Of a stretch of DNA of 64,000 nucleotides, positions 22,201-32,298 are shown in pieces (the stretch's first letter is position 1; each line of letters begins with the position of its first letter). The notes beneath the pieces are model-generated. The model did not search any database. It saw only the letters and a program-made list of their open reading frames with translations, and was not told where the DNA came from. The stretch is from a virus: positions 3,812 to 67,811 of the IMG/VR virus record IMGVR_UViG_3300042516_001464. One strand, written 5' to 3'. The translations under genes and the position numbers were made by a program.

Positions 22201-22823
22201 TTGAATACGAGTATATTGACAAGTCAACCTCCCCTCCCGGCGGGTGGAAGATAAAAGTTCCACAAACTGGAGTTGAGTTTAAACATTATGACTATCGATC
22301 AATATGTAAGTCATACAAGAATCATTGCGCTGCAAATGATATATTCTTAACTCCTACATGGGAGGAAGAGTTTATTTCAGAGATGTGTAAACAGAATACG
22401 CATTGGGGCAGAATGTGCGTGAATGTAGATATGAAGAAAATACCAAGACGAAGACTTTCACTAACATCTGTTCTTTCATTCTTGAACATGATGAAAACAT
22501 GGGCTGAATCAACTTTGTCTGGAAAGGCTGCATTTGTTAGCCGAGAAGAAGCTGAGAAACGGGCTACAATTTGCGCAACATGCCCAATGAATACTACGCT
22601 CCAATTCTCATGCGGAGCGTGTATGGGGGCGGTTATAACGCTATTAAGCTCTATCCTTGGAAATAGGAAGACAGAACGAGACAACGAACTGGGTGCTTGC
22701 TTAGTATGTAGTTGCTCGTTGAAAGCTGCCGTCCATGTCCCGCTAAATGTGCAGAGGGATGGATTGAGTGAAGAAATTAAACAAGACTTTGAGAAAATAA
22801 AACATTGCTGGAAACATATATGA
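22197..22823 (+). CDS. Cys-rich Zn-binding protein with an N-terminal SPPGGW module
   Basis: CATC, CGAC, CLVCSC, HCW; C-terminal half resembles 264..674. Confidence 0.65.
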   Translation: MIEYEYIDKSTSPPGGWKIKVPQTGVEFKHYDYRSICKSYKNHCAANDIFLTPTWEEEFISEMCKQNTHWGRMCVNVDMKKIPRRRLSLTSVLSFLNMMKTWAESTLSGKAAFVSREEAEKRATICATCPMNTTLQFSCGACMGAVITLLSSILGNRKTERDNELGACLVCSCSLKAAVHVPLNVQRDGLSEEIKQDFEKIKHCWKHI

Positions 22824-23773
22824 ACTTCTTACACGAAAGAGACTTTGGTGATATTATTTTAAGCTTGGCAGTTGTTAGGTCTGCAACAAAAAGCAAGTCA
22901 AACTACTACATTCAAAACAACCCTAATGCCGTTAAGTTACTATCGCCACTTATTGAGTTTCAGACATATATAGATAAGTGCTGTAGCTATAAAAATCAAA
23001 ACATTGACGAGTCATTTGTTGACTTTAGAAAAGGTGGTTTAGAGTGGGGAAAACCGCTTATAGTAAATCATGCAAGTTGGGTTAAACGAGAAGTGGACTT
23101 GTCTAAACCTTGGCTAACTGCTCCTGTGGATAAGAAATACAAGGGGGCAATTATTGTTAACAAGACACAAAGATATGCGAATCCGCTATTCCCATGGGGT
23201 CAGCTTGTTAAGATACTTGGTAACAAGATGCTATTCGTTGGGCATGAGAATGAATATGATATTTTTTGCAAGAAATATGGCAAGGTAGAGCGGTTGATAA
23301 TCAATGATTACCTTGAACTTGCAACTGCTATAAATAGCTCTGATTGTTTTATTGGGAATCAGAGTTCTGCAAATTGTGTGGCTGAAGGATTAAAACACAA
23401 AACAATTCAAGAGGTTTGTTTATGGCAACCAGATTGTATCTATAAACGAGACAATGCTGCATTTTGTTACGATGGAACAATAGACACAACAATATCTGGA
23501 ATTGATATTGAGATAACAAGAGAGATACAGAAGCTTGATAGGCATGAATCCCCTCCTGGTGGATGGAAGTTAACGACAAATGTTAAAACGCTTAGAAGTT
23601 ATGCAATTGATGTTTTAATAAACGAGGCGAGAAACAATGGTGTTGTTGGGAAAAATAAAGAGATAGAGGAGATGATTATTTCGGAAACATCTAATGATCG
23701 TAAGTATGATCCAATTGTCGAAAGATTCATGCATGATATAAAGCGTGTTGAGGAATTACTACAGAAAGCATGA
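22820..23773 (+). CDS. Glycosyltransferase (GT-B, GT9/heptosyltransferase-like) with a C-terminal SPPGGW module
   Basis: DFGDIILS and ELATAINSSDCFIGNQSS motifs. Confidence 0.65.
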   Translation: MNFLHERDFGDIILSLAVVRSATKSKSNYYIQNNPNAVKLLSPLIEFQTYIDKCCSYKNQNIDESFVDFRKGGLEWGKPLIVNHASWVKREVDLSKPWLTAPVDKKYKGAIIVNKTQRYANPLFPWGQLVKILGNKMLFVGHENEYDIFCKKYGKVERLIINDYLELATAINSSDCFIGNQSSANCVAEGLKHKTIQEVCLWQPDCIYKRDNAAFCYDGTIDTTISGIDIEITREIQKLDRHESPPGGWKLTTNVKTLRSYAIDVLINEARNNGVVGKNKEIEEMIISETSNDRKYDPIVERFMHDIKRVEELLQKA

Positions 23774-24348
23774 ACGAGACAAGTAAAGCAATGCGGCGAA
23801 GAATGATTGAAGATGAGCTTGGAATCTTCAATTGGAGTAAAATTATCAAAGGCAAGGGGATTGATGTTGGATGTGGTCCGGACAAGGTGTGGGATGACAA
23901 CTGCATAGCATTCGATCAAGAGCAGGGTGACGCAAATAAAATATCTGAATACTTTGGGGATGGGTTTGATTACTTGCACGCCTCGCAATGCTTGGAACAT
24001 ATGCATGATCCATATGCGGCGATGGTTGAGTGGTTAAAAATAATCAAGAGTGGTGGACACGCAATTATATCAATACCAGACTGGACGCTTTACGAGGGAT
24101 GGGTTTGGCCGTCTCGCTATAATCCAGACCACAAAAGCACATGGAGTTTTACATTTGAGCAAAGTCCATCAAAGCATCATGTGAATATCTATAAATTCCT
24201 AGATAAGTTATCTCCTTATTGTTACGCTAAGAGGGTAATGCTGATAGATAATAATTATAACTACAGCGCATCTACGAGTATTGATCAGACATTTGAAGAA
24301 TCAAATGGAGTTGAGGCATTTATTGAAATGGTTTTATGCAAGCTGTAA
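23770..24348 (+). CDS. Class I SAM-dependent methyltransferase
   Basis: GIDVGCG, FDYLHASQCLEH, IIKSGG motifs. Confidence 0.85.
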   Translation: MNETSKAMRRRMIEDELGIFNWSKIIKGKGIDVGCGPDKVWDDNCIAFDQEQGDANKISEYFGDGFDYLHASQCLEHMHDPYAAMVEWLKIIKSGGHAIISIPDWTLYEGWVWPSRYNPDHKSTWSFTFEQSPSKHHVNIYKFLDKLSPYCYAKRVMLIDNNYNYSASTSIDQTFEESNGVEAFIEMVLCKL

Positions 24349-24899
24349 TCGTTAAAGCAAAATTACAAATAGCAGAAGTTGATAAACTTGTTCAATACTG
24401 CAAACAGTTAGACGGAACTGTCGTCAAAATTATCCAGAATGACGAGAAGGTTACGAGCTATCCAGAACGCAATAATCATGCGTTACAGCAGGCGTTTAAC
24501 GCAATGGGTGACGAGCCTTTCATTTGGCTTGAACCTGATAGCATTCCGTTGAAGGAGGGGTGGGTTGCTGCACTTGAGGAAGAGTATCGTAAGCTTGGGA
24601 AACATATAATGTTATCAAGTGACACTCACCCTCCGCACGATATTGTCGGAGGAATAGGTGTGTATGGAGGTTTAGCCAAAAAGCTAATACCGGCAGGGAT
24701 TAAGGCAGATGGATGGGATGGATGGACAATAAAGAACATCAAGCCATTAGTTTCCTTCACTCCGTTAATTCAACACACATACGGAGACTATTCAAAAGGG
24801 GGATGTGACCAGCATATCTTTCCAAGAGACAATCACATTATCCGCGAAGATGCCGTGATATTCCACAGAGACAAACAGCAGGGATTAATCAATAGATAG
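24336..24899 (+). CDS. Putative glycosyltransferase (GT-A-like)
   Basis: FIWLEPDSIP (DxD-like), GIGVY, GWD, IFHRDK. Confidence 0.5.
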   Translation: MQAVIVKAKLQIAEVDKLVQYCKQLDGTVVKIIQNDEKVTSYPERNNHALQQAFNAMGDEPFIWLEPDSIPLKEGWVAALEEEYRKLGKHIMLSSDTHPPHDIVGGIGVYGGLAKKLIPAGIKADGWDGWTIKNIKPLVSFTPLIQHTYGDYSKGGCDQHIFPRDNHIIREDAVIFHRDKQQGLINR

Positions 24900-26682
24900 A
24901 ACGGAACTTGCTGAACGCTTGCTTCCATCCGCTGCTTACAACCTTATTGTTCGCATTTAACGCCTTTGTTGCCTTTCCGCTATCAAGGTTCAGCCTCTCC
25001 CTCGCAAGAGCTAATAGACCCATCCCTGCGTCAGCAATGTCAGGGGATATTCCAAACCTTGATTTCATTTCCGACTTAGGCAGAACTTTAATGCGGAGAG
25101 CCAGATTCTTTTCTCCATTAGGATCAAGCTTCCTCATGCACATTTCCCGCAGCAAGTCATCGCTTATGCCCTTGATCTGACCAGTGCGCATATACTCTTT
25201 GGCTGAATACCAAATTTCAGATACAGAGTTTACATACCTTTCGTGTGATGGAGTTGGATCATAAGCTGACACTGGATTTTCAGATGCTCGCCCACCAAAT
25301 TGAAGGCCATATACATCTTTTGACCATGCTACGGAGATAAAATCTCCTAGCGGACCACCAGCGCCGGACTTATCGTATCCAGCATTCTTAGGCTGAACGC
25401 CTCTCGCCAAGCACTCATTACGAAACCACTGCACTACCTGCTGTGATCTCGTCATGGATTTGTCAGTAACATCCTCACTGAATACAAGAAACTCGTCATA
25501 CTGAAGTCCTCGATAACCATGCGGTTCAGCAAGCTTCCCAACAGTTCCGAAATAAAGCACCGTTCTATCTCCACCATTGGTAAATGAAGGATCAAGGAAC
25601 GCAACCTTCGCCTTATCATTATCAAGCCATACAGCTTTATCTGTAGCCTTTGAATTTAATATTTCAATCTCTGAGTAGATTTGATCCGTAATTCCAGCCG
25701 GACACCAAAATCCACGATACATACGCCAGAATGACGATGTGTTCTTTGCATCTTCTGGAATCTTGTCAAAGTCTTGTGGACCCTCCATCCATGGATAAAT
25801 CTTCTTTCGTGCGATCATGTTTGGATTCTTCAACCCGTCAAAGTGCAAGCACACTCCACGATCTGTTTTCCACTCCTCATCGTCGACATCAATAGAATCC
25901 CATCCTCCGCTTGGCTTGGCGAACTTACCAAACGCATCAACATAGGAAGCCGGGTTTGAAATGCCGATAAACTGAAAGCGTTCGCAACCTTTGGACAAGT
26001 TAAAGAACGCAACTTCAGTAATAGCTTCAGATAACTCTGAAAGTTCGTCAGCAACAAAGATTACATTTTTGTTGTGGATACCTTGCATCTTGCCAGTAGC
26101 GTCACGCTCTTTCTTTTTCTCACCAGGAATAAGCACAATTCCAGAAAGGTCTGATCGCTTTCCGTCTCTTCCGACATAGCTAATCTTATTCTCCGAATCT
26201 ACGAGATGCCCTGGTAATCCAAGTTGTTCACACACTCCCCAATACCTTGTGATCTTTCCCCATATACGCTGCTTGGATGCTTTGATCGTGGTGGATGTGG
26301 CAAGAACAGTTGTATTCTCTGGATCGCAAAGGTAGTTGATGATAGCCCAAATTGCGTATGCTTCAGACTTACCACAACCGCCAGACCCGGCTATAGCGAG
26401 ATACTCATGGTCACAAGCTGCGCGAATCATTCGTTCAGCCCATGGATGCCAAATGAAATTTACAGCAGCCTTCGCGTCTCTTTCCGGCCAAAACGCTTTT
26501 GCTATCCTTTGGAAGTGGTGAAATGTATCAACGCCACCAGTGTCTTTAGGTATTCTGTTTTTAATCTTCTCACGAAACATAGCCAGCTCAATAGCTATTT
26601 GGTGAGTATTCTTGCGCCAGTTAAATCCATATTGATGCAAGTAGCCATCCATTGGATCGCCAAAAATAGGAGCGAAATTCAT
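24889..26682 (-). CDS. terL: Terminase large subunit
   Basis: Walker A GSGGCGKS, Walker B IFVADE, coupling ISNP, nuclease FLDPS..GGD and SPDIADA. Confidence 0.9.
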   Translation of the reverse strand: MNFAPIFGDPMDGYLHQYGFNWRKNTHQIAIELAMFREKIKNRIPKDTGGVDTFHHFQRIAKAFWPERDAKAAVNFIWHPWAERMIRAACDHEYLAIAGSGGCGKSEAYAIWAIINYLCDPENTTVLATSTTIKASKQRIWGKITRYWGVCEQLGLPGHLVDSENKISYVGRDGKRSDLSGIVLIPGEKKKERDATGKMQGIHNKNVIFVADELSELSEAITEVAFFNLSKGCERFQFIGISNPASYVDAFGKFAKPSGGWDSIDVDDEEWKTDRGVCLHFDGLKNPNMIARKKIYPWMEGPQDFDKIPEDAKNTSSFWRMYRGFWCPAGITDQIYSEIEILNSKATDKAVWLDNDKAKVAFLDPSFTNGGDRTVLYFGTVGKLAEPHGYRGLQYDEFLVFSEDVTDKSMTRSQQVVQWFRNECLARGVQPKNAGYDKSGAGGPLGDFISVAWSKDVYGLQFGGRASENPVSAYDPTPSHERYVNSVSEIWYSAKEYMRTGQIKGISDDLLREMCMRKLDPNGEKNLALRIKVLPKSEMKSRFGISPDIADAGMGLLALARERLNLDSGKATKALNANNKVVSSGWKQAFSKFRSIY

Positions 26683-26723
26683 AAAAATATATTACAAGAA
26701 ATTTGAATTATCACAAATTATTA

Positions 26724-26751
26724 TTGCAATGAAATCACAATATGTTATCTT
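26724..26751 (+). promoter_or_regulatory. Sigma70-like promoter (TTGCAA-N16-TATCTT, TG extension)
   Basis: Divergent from terL, ends 9 nt before ATG 26761. Confidence 0.45.
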
Positions 26752-26760
26752 CCATACGCC

Positions 26761-27117
26761 ATGACACTCCTACAAGCATTGGGAATACACAAAACAAAGT
26801 CAGAGATTTTCATTGACGAAAAGCGTCCAGACATTGATTTTGAAATTATTGTTAAACCAGAAGATTATGTTAATGGAATTAAACACGACCTTACAAAGTC
26901 TCCACTTGCTCTTGCGGTATCACGCGCAATCGATGGAAGCGGATTCGTGCTTGATAGGGCAGGCTTTAAAGTTATCATTATTTCTCGCGGCATTTACGAG
27001 TATGCTTTCTTTATGCCTCGGAGGGTGTGGAGGAAGGTGAATTGCCAAGAGTTCGTTGATGAACGATATCCATCGTCTCCGATAAAGTTCACGGCAACAT
27101 TTACAATGTTATTTTAA
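26761..27117 (+). CDS. Hypothetical protein
   Basis: 118-aa ORF, first of the rightward operon. Confidence 0.6.
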   Translation: MTLLQALGIHKTKSEIFIDEKRPDIDFEIIVKPEDYVNGIKHDLTKSPLALAVSRAIDGSGFVLDRAGFKVIIISRGIYEYAFFMPRRVWRKVNCQEFVDERYPSSPIKFTATFTMLF

Positions 27118-27118
27118 T

Positions 27119-28069
27119 ATGAAGCTAGTAATACCAGTATCTCGGCATGATCGTCATTTGATCCCCGCCCTCTTGAAATCAATCGAAACATTCAACCCAG
27201 GCTCTGAGCATGAACTGCTTGTATTTGGATCACGCGAAGTTGAATCTGATGTGTTAGAGATTGAGGCAAAAATTAAACATTTATTTAATCTGTCTGAAAC
27301 CTTGATCATAGATGACACGATGCTTGGATGGCCTATGTCGTGTAACTTTTATTTCCAGCAATTGTGTAGATATATTTCTGGCAAAAAAGATATCGATTCA
27401 TTTATGTGGTTTGAACTTGATACCACAATTATGAAGGATAACTGGCTGGATATAATTTCTGATGAATACTATTCAGACACAACAAAAGCGGTAAAAGAGA
27501 AGCGTGAGCCTGCTATTTATCTTGGATCGCGGGAAAGAGTTTACGAGGGAAGGAATGGAGAGCTTTTGCCGGAATCTCTTGCTGGTCAACGAATGGCTCC
27601 AGTTGGAGTGTATTCCAGAGAAATATGTCTTTCGCATGTATTGAATTCCTTGTCTATGGTTAATAGGCATTGGACGCATGTAATCCAATGGTATGTTGTT
27701 AAGAGATTAAAAAACTCTTCATTGATTCAAAATAACTGGCGCACAAAAAACTATCGCCATGAAGATAAAAACATTGTATGTGATTCTGATGCCAATTTAG
27801 CTTGGGATGTTCACTGGAATAAACCAGTTGATGAAGGTGCTGTCCTTGTGCATGGATGCAAGGACGGTTCTCTTTTCAAGTTATTGTTGGACAATAATAA
27901 TAACGATATGAAAATGGTTAAAAATTTATCAGTTGAGGATGCTGAAGACATCTTGGATGACATCGAAGATGTTACGGATTCTGATGTAGAAAAACATTCT
28001 AAATTGCATAGACAACGCATATCAAACATCAAGTCCCTTAAAAAGAAACAAAAGGAAAAAGAAGAATGA
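27119..28069 (+). CDS. Putative glycosyltransferase (GT-A-like), related to 24336..24899
   Basis: LVIPVS start, GWP, FMWFELDT, VGVY, LVHGCKDGS. Confidence 0.55.
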   Translation: MKLVIPVSRHDRHLIPALLKSIETFNPGSEHELLVFGSREVESDVLEIEAKIKHLFNLSETLIIDDTMLGWPMSCNFYFQQLCRYISGKKDIDSFMWFELDTTIMKDNWLDIISDEYYSDTTKAVKEKREPAIYLGSRERVYEGRNGELLPESLAGQRMAPVGVYSREICLSHVLNSLSMVNRHWTHVIQWYVVKRLKNSSLIQNNWRTKNYRHEDKNIVCDSDANLAWDVHWNKPVDEGAVLVHGCKDGSLFKLLLDNNNNDMKMVKNLSVEDAEDILDDIEDVTDSDVEKHSKLHRQRISNIKSLKKKQKEKEE

Positions 28070-30366
28070 GCGATGTATTAGCAACACTTTCTAAAGATGG
28101 AACGCCTCCCGGTTCAAGAATCAAAGATGCAAGATCAGCCTATGAGATTTGGGAGACACTACGACGAGCGGATGCCGTTTCGTCTTTTGACCGCAGTAAG
28201 ATTGACGCTGCGTATGATAACGAGCGACCATACGATGAGAGGGCGTTGATTAACGCAGGACAGGCATATCGCGTAAATGTATCTTGGGGATTCGCGAAAC
28301 AAGTCCTCGATACAGCACTTGCTGGATATACAGACATTATCAATGCACCGCAAACATTCTTCTCATGCCCTACGCTTCACGGATCGCAAACAGAGAATGA
28401 TGAACTTTCACAGGTAGTCGCTCAAGAGGTTACTGCCGCAATTCGTTCTTGGCGCAATTTCTTCCCAACATACCTAAAGCTGTGCAATAGCTTTATTAAG
28501 CATGGCGTTGGAGTTGTTATGTTCAACGATGAGTGGGATTGGCGTTGGAAGGCAACAGATATGTCTGACTTCAAAATCCCTCGCAAAACGGAGATTGGTC
28601 AAGACAACATTGATGTTGCTGCCTGCCTCCGTTTCTATAGCCCAACGCAACTCTATCAGTTGATTAAAGATGAGGAGACTGCAAGAATCCACGGGTTCAA
28701 TATTGAGGCTTGCCGTAGAGCAATCATCCAATCTGTAAATAATAACAACAACTATTATAACTTTAGGCAGTATGATTGGGAGAAGTTGGAGATGGAGTTG
28801 AGGAACAATGATTTGTTCTTCACTACTCAAGCAGCCAACCAACAATCAATTCGCGTGGTTCATTTGTGGGTCACAGAGTTTGATAATCGTGTATCACACT
28901 TTATGATAAATGATGACAATTCTGTCCAAGATTTCTTGTTCAAGAAGATTGGAAGATTTGAGAATAGTTATCAGGCATACACTGTGTTTACTTATGGCGT
29001 TGGGACTAATGGATACTACCATGGCGTTCGTGGGCAGGGATACGATGTGTTCGCAATCAATGGCGCATTGAATCGAGCATATTGCTCTTTGCTTGAGATC
29101 GCATCGTTTGGTTCTGCTCCAACATTCCAGCCAAAAGATGAGACTGCTTTGCAAGAAATGCAGTTTATCCCAAATGGAATTTATAATTTGCTTTCACCCG
29201 GAATTGATGTCATTAAGGATACTATAGTTCCCAATGTATCAAATGGAACTCTTCCAATTGTAAGCGCATTTACGCAGCTATTCCGTGAAAGAACATCTGC
29301 TTATAATACGGAGTCTTTGGTTAATACTTCTGTTGAGAAGTCAGCTACACAAGTACGCGCTGAACTTAGCAATATTGCTAAAATGAGCGTGTCAAGTTTG
29401 AATCTATTCTTTGATCCATGGGAATCATTGGTTCGTGAAATGGTTCGTCGCATGAAGCGTAAAGACTACGATGCCCGTGAACCCGGAGGGAAGCAAGTTA
29501 TTGAGCTACACAAGCGTCTCCTTCGTCGTGGCTCTGAATCATTTGGCGCAAAGGATCGGTATCTTCAAGCATTCTTCAACCTCGATGTTGATAGGCTGCG
29601 TGTAACAAAACCGGTGGGCGCAGGTTCTGAAGCCGCTCGTATGGTTTCGTTTGATCGACTCATGGGAATATTTGGTAGCTTGCCAGATTTCGGCAAACAG
29701 AATCTTATTTGGGACATTGCATCTGAAACAGCAGGATATGAGAATGCTGCTCGTTATGCAGTTCAGCCTGGTGAGTCTGATCGTCCTACGGTTGACGCAT
29801 CTATCGCTCAAGTTGAGAACAACCAACTTATCGCTGGTGGTAGCATCCAAGTTCTTGATGGTCAGAATAACCTTGTTCATGCCAAGGTTCACACAGAAGC
29901 ACTCAATCCGCTTGTGTCACAGGCTCAAGAGTTGCTTGAGCTTGACCCAATGCAGCTTGCTCCTATGCTTGGAGGAATCAATGCGCTTAATGCACACGTT
30001 GCACAACACGTTGAGCTTCTATCTCAAGACCCGCAAATGCGTAGTGAGTCTGCTATGTTCCGACAAGTATTGCAGAATGCAGATGAGATTTTGCACAATG
30101 GAACTCTGAAGGTTCAGAAGTTAATGGGAGAACAAGAGCGGCAATCAATGATGCAGGGAGAAGAAGAGCAACCTCAACCACAAATTGATCCCGCTATATT
30201 GGCAAAGATTGATTCTGAAAGAGCAGTTCGCCAAGCCAAACTTGAGATGGATATGCAGTCCCATCAACAGAAAATGATTATGCGTCAGCAAGAAGCATCG
30301 CAAAAACTTGCCTTGCGTGATGCAGAGGTAGCGAGTAAGATTCAACGCGAAGGTATTAGGGCATGA
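28066..30366 (+). CDS. Portal protein
   Basis: 766 aa directly upstream of scaffold/MCP; KSATQVRA motif; Q-rich helical C-terminus typical of P22-like portals. Confidence 0.75.
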   Translation: MSDVLATLSKDGTPPGSRIKDARSAYEIWETLRRADAVSSFDRSKIDAAYDNERPYDERALINAGQAYRVNVSWGFAKQVLDTALAGYTDIINAPQTFFSCPTLHGSQTENDELSQVVAQEVTAAIRSWRNFFPTYLKLCNSFIKHGVGVVMFNDEWDWRWKATDMSDFKIPRKTEIGQDNIDVAACLRFYSPTQLYQLIKDEETARIHGFNIEACRRAIIQSVNNNNNYYNFRQYDWEKLEMELRNNDLFFTTQAANQQSIRVVHLWVTEFDNRVSHFMINDDNSVQDFLFKKIGRFENSYQAYTVFTYGVGTNGYYHGVRGQGYDVFAINGALNRAYCSLLEIASFGSAPTFQPKDETALQEMQFIPNGIYNLLSPGIDVIKDTIVPNVSNGTLPIVSAFTQLFRERTSAYNTESLVNTSVEKSATQVRAELSNIAKMSVSSLNLFFDPWESLVREMVRRMKRKDYDAREPGGKQVIELHKRLLRRGSESFGAKDRYLQAFFNLDVDRLRVTKPVGAGSEAARMVSFDRLMGIFGSLPDFGKQNLIWDIASETAGYENAARYAVQPGESDRPTVDASIAQVENNQLIAGGSIQVLDGQNNLVHAKVHTEALNPLVSQAQELLELDPMQLAPMLGGINALNAHVAQHVELLSQDPQMRSESAMFRQVLQNADEILHNGTLKVQKLMGEQERQSMMQGEEEQPQPQIDPAILAKIDSERAVRQAKLEMDMQSHQQKMIMRQQEASQKLALRDAEVASKIQREGIRA

Positions 30367-30701
30367 CACAAAGACAACTATTCCAACTAAACTCTGACAA
30401 AGTATCTCAACTAACTTTACTTCTGGAGTCTCCGCTTCTTAAAGAAGCATTTACTATTGTTAGACTAGAATGCGCTCCAAAAGCTCCAACTGATATTGAA
30501 GCAGCCAAGTCTATTGGTGCAGAAGATTTCTTGAACAAGCTAACGCTACTTACTAAAGTATCTCAAAAGAAATTGAATGACTTAGATAAGGAGTATATCG
30601 TTCAAGCGAGGAAAAAACTTTTGTCCACTGGATTATACACAGAGGATGAAATATTGGAGGCAGAACGCCTTTCAATGCAAACAAACAATCAACAGGAGTA
30701 A
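30363..30701 (+). CDS. Small head-module protein
   Basis: Coupled to portal. Confidence 0.55.
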   Translation: MTQRQLFQLNSDKVSQLTLLLESPLLKEAFTIVRLECAPKAPTDIEAAKSIGAEDFLNKLTLLTKVSQKKLNDLDKEYIVQARKKLLSTGLYTEDEILEAERLSMQTNNQQE

Positions 30702-30828
30702 TAACATGAAAGCAACAGAAACTACTAAAGCAGTAACTAAAGCAACTTCCGGCAAGAAAACGAGCGTTGGAACTAAGAACAAATCTTGGGGCGACCGTCA
30801 TCGTGCAGTAATCAAAAAATAAATAACT

Positions 30829-31989
30829 ATGTCTGAACAAACACAAGAAGCACCAGTATCCACAGATTCAGCAATCTCCAATCTACGGAGTGCGCTAACA
30901 TCCATTGCAAACAATGACCTATCGATCCAGCCGCCGAAGGAGAGTAAGCCAATTGAACCTACTCCAACTTCACCAGGAACGGAGGCAAAGCAAGAAGCGC
31001 CGAATAACTCCAATGGAGGAGTTGAGGAAAATAAAACTGAAGTTACTGCAAAAGATGTTCAGCCGGAAGCAGAGCCTACTGAAGACAAAGCAAAGATTCG
31101 GTGGAAAGAGCTAAAGCAAGCTGAGTCTGATCTAAAGAATGCACAGCGAGAACTCGCTGAACTAAAAGCTATGGGGGAAGAAAGTCAGCAAGCCGCAAGG
31201 GAAGTTGCTGAACTTAAAGAACAGCTTGAAGCAATCCAGAAAGAACGAGAAGAACTCGATGGTGAACTCTATATGTCTAGGGTTCAATCAACCCGTGAAT
31301 GGAAGCAGTATATTACTGAGCCATTGAATCAAATAATTCAAGATGCTGAATTCTTTTCGCAAAGAAACAAGGCTGATACGGGTGAGCTTATTGACGCGCT
31401 TCAGGCTGATACGAATGGTGATCCAGCTAAACTTGAAAACCTCATTGCTGATTGGTCTGAGCGTGACAAGACAAAGGTGTGGGCGTTAGCTGATAACCTT
31501 CTGCAAATTGAGAAGCGCAAGTCTGATCTTGAATCCAATTCAAAGGCTGCATACGAGGCTTCTATGGAGCGTAATAGTATGGAGCAGCAAGAACAATATA
31601 AACAATATATTGCACAGCGCGAAACCGCTGTGAGCGAAGTCTTGCCAAAGATTAGTGAAAAAGTATTTAGCCTATTGCCGGAAGACAAGCGACCAGACAT
31701 CAATAAACTTCAACAAGAAGTAATGGGTTATGATGAGTGGCCTGAGAACTTGAAGGTTTATGGAATCCTTGGAGCAACAGTTCTTCCAGACTTGGTTGAT
31801 CAAATCTCTTCATTGCAAAAAGAACTGAGCGAGGCTAGGGACAATAATGTAAAACTCCGTGGTGGCGCTCCAGCCGCTGCTGGTGGTAATTCTCCTAGGT
31901 CTCCTGCTGATACAGCAAAGCAAGTTGACTATACAAAGGTAGACACAGATGACTTTGTTAAGAGCTTAGTAAGTAGGATTTCTGTATAA
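30829..31989 (+). CDS. Capsid scaffolding protein
   Basis: Acidic, P-rich N-terminus and coiled coil, between portal and MCP. Confidence 0.65.
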   Translation: MSEQTQEAPVSTDSAISNLRSALTSIANNDLSIQPPKESKPIEPTPTSPGTEAKQEAPNNSNGGVEENKTEVTAKDVQPEAEPTEDKAKIRWKELKQAESDLKNAQRELAELKAMGEESQQAAREVAELKEQLEAIQKEREELDGELYMSRVQSTREWKQYITEPLNQIIQDAEFFSQRNKADTGELIDALQADTNGDPAKLENLIADWSERDKTKVWALADNLLQIEKRKSDLESNSKAAYEASMERNSMEQQEQYKQYIAQRETAVSEVLPKISEKVFSLLPEDKRPDINKLQQEVMGYDEWPENLKVYGILGATVLPDLVDQISSLQKELSEARDNNVKLRGGAPAAAGGNSPRSPADTAKQVDYTKVDTDDFVKSLVSRISV

Positions 31990-32013
31990 CATTTGCGTCT
32001 GGTGTAGATGCTG

Positions 32014-32049
32014 AATAGAGTGGGATTAAAACCCCACTCTATTTTTTTT
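32014..32049 (+). terminator. Rho-independent terminator
   Basis: AATAGAGTGGG-loop-CCCACTCTATT followed by a T-run. Confidence 0.8.
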
Positions 32050-32298
32050 AATTATTATTAAAAATAATGCTTGCATATTTAAACAACTTAAATTATTTCT
32101 CGCAATGCAAGTTGTAAGGCTTGTTTAAAAATCTTACACGGATCGCTGATTCCTTAACATCAGTAAATAAAACTGAGCTTAATAAATCCGAAAGGTCTTT
32201 GAAGTGGCTCAACAAAGAAAAACTAAACAGAATTGCATTCGGTAACTCAAACACTTTTGCAGTTCACAAATTAAACTTAAATTTAGAAAGATAAAATT

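Noticed and set aside
9072-30109. Other same-strand alternate-frame ORFs (9072-9557, 29651-30109) as further dual coding
   Set aside because: No recognisable motifs and non-ATG starts, unlike the MTase and RusA cases
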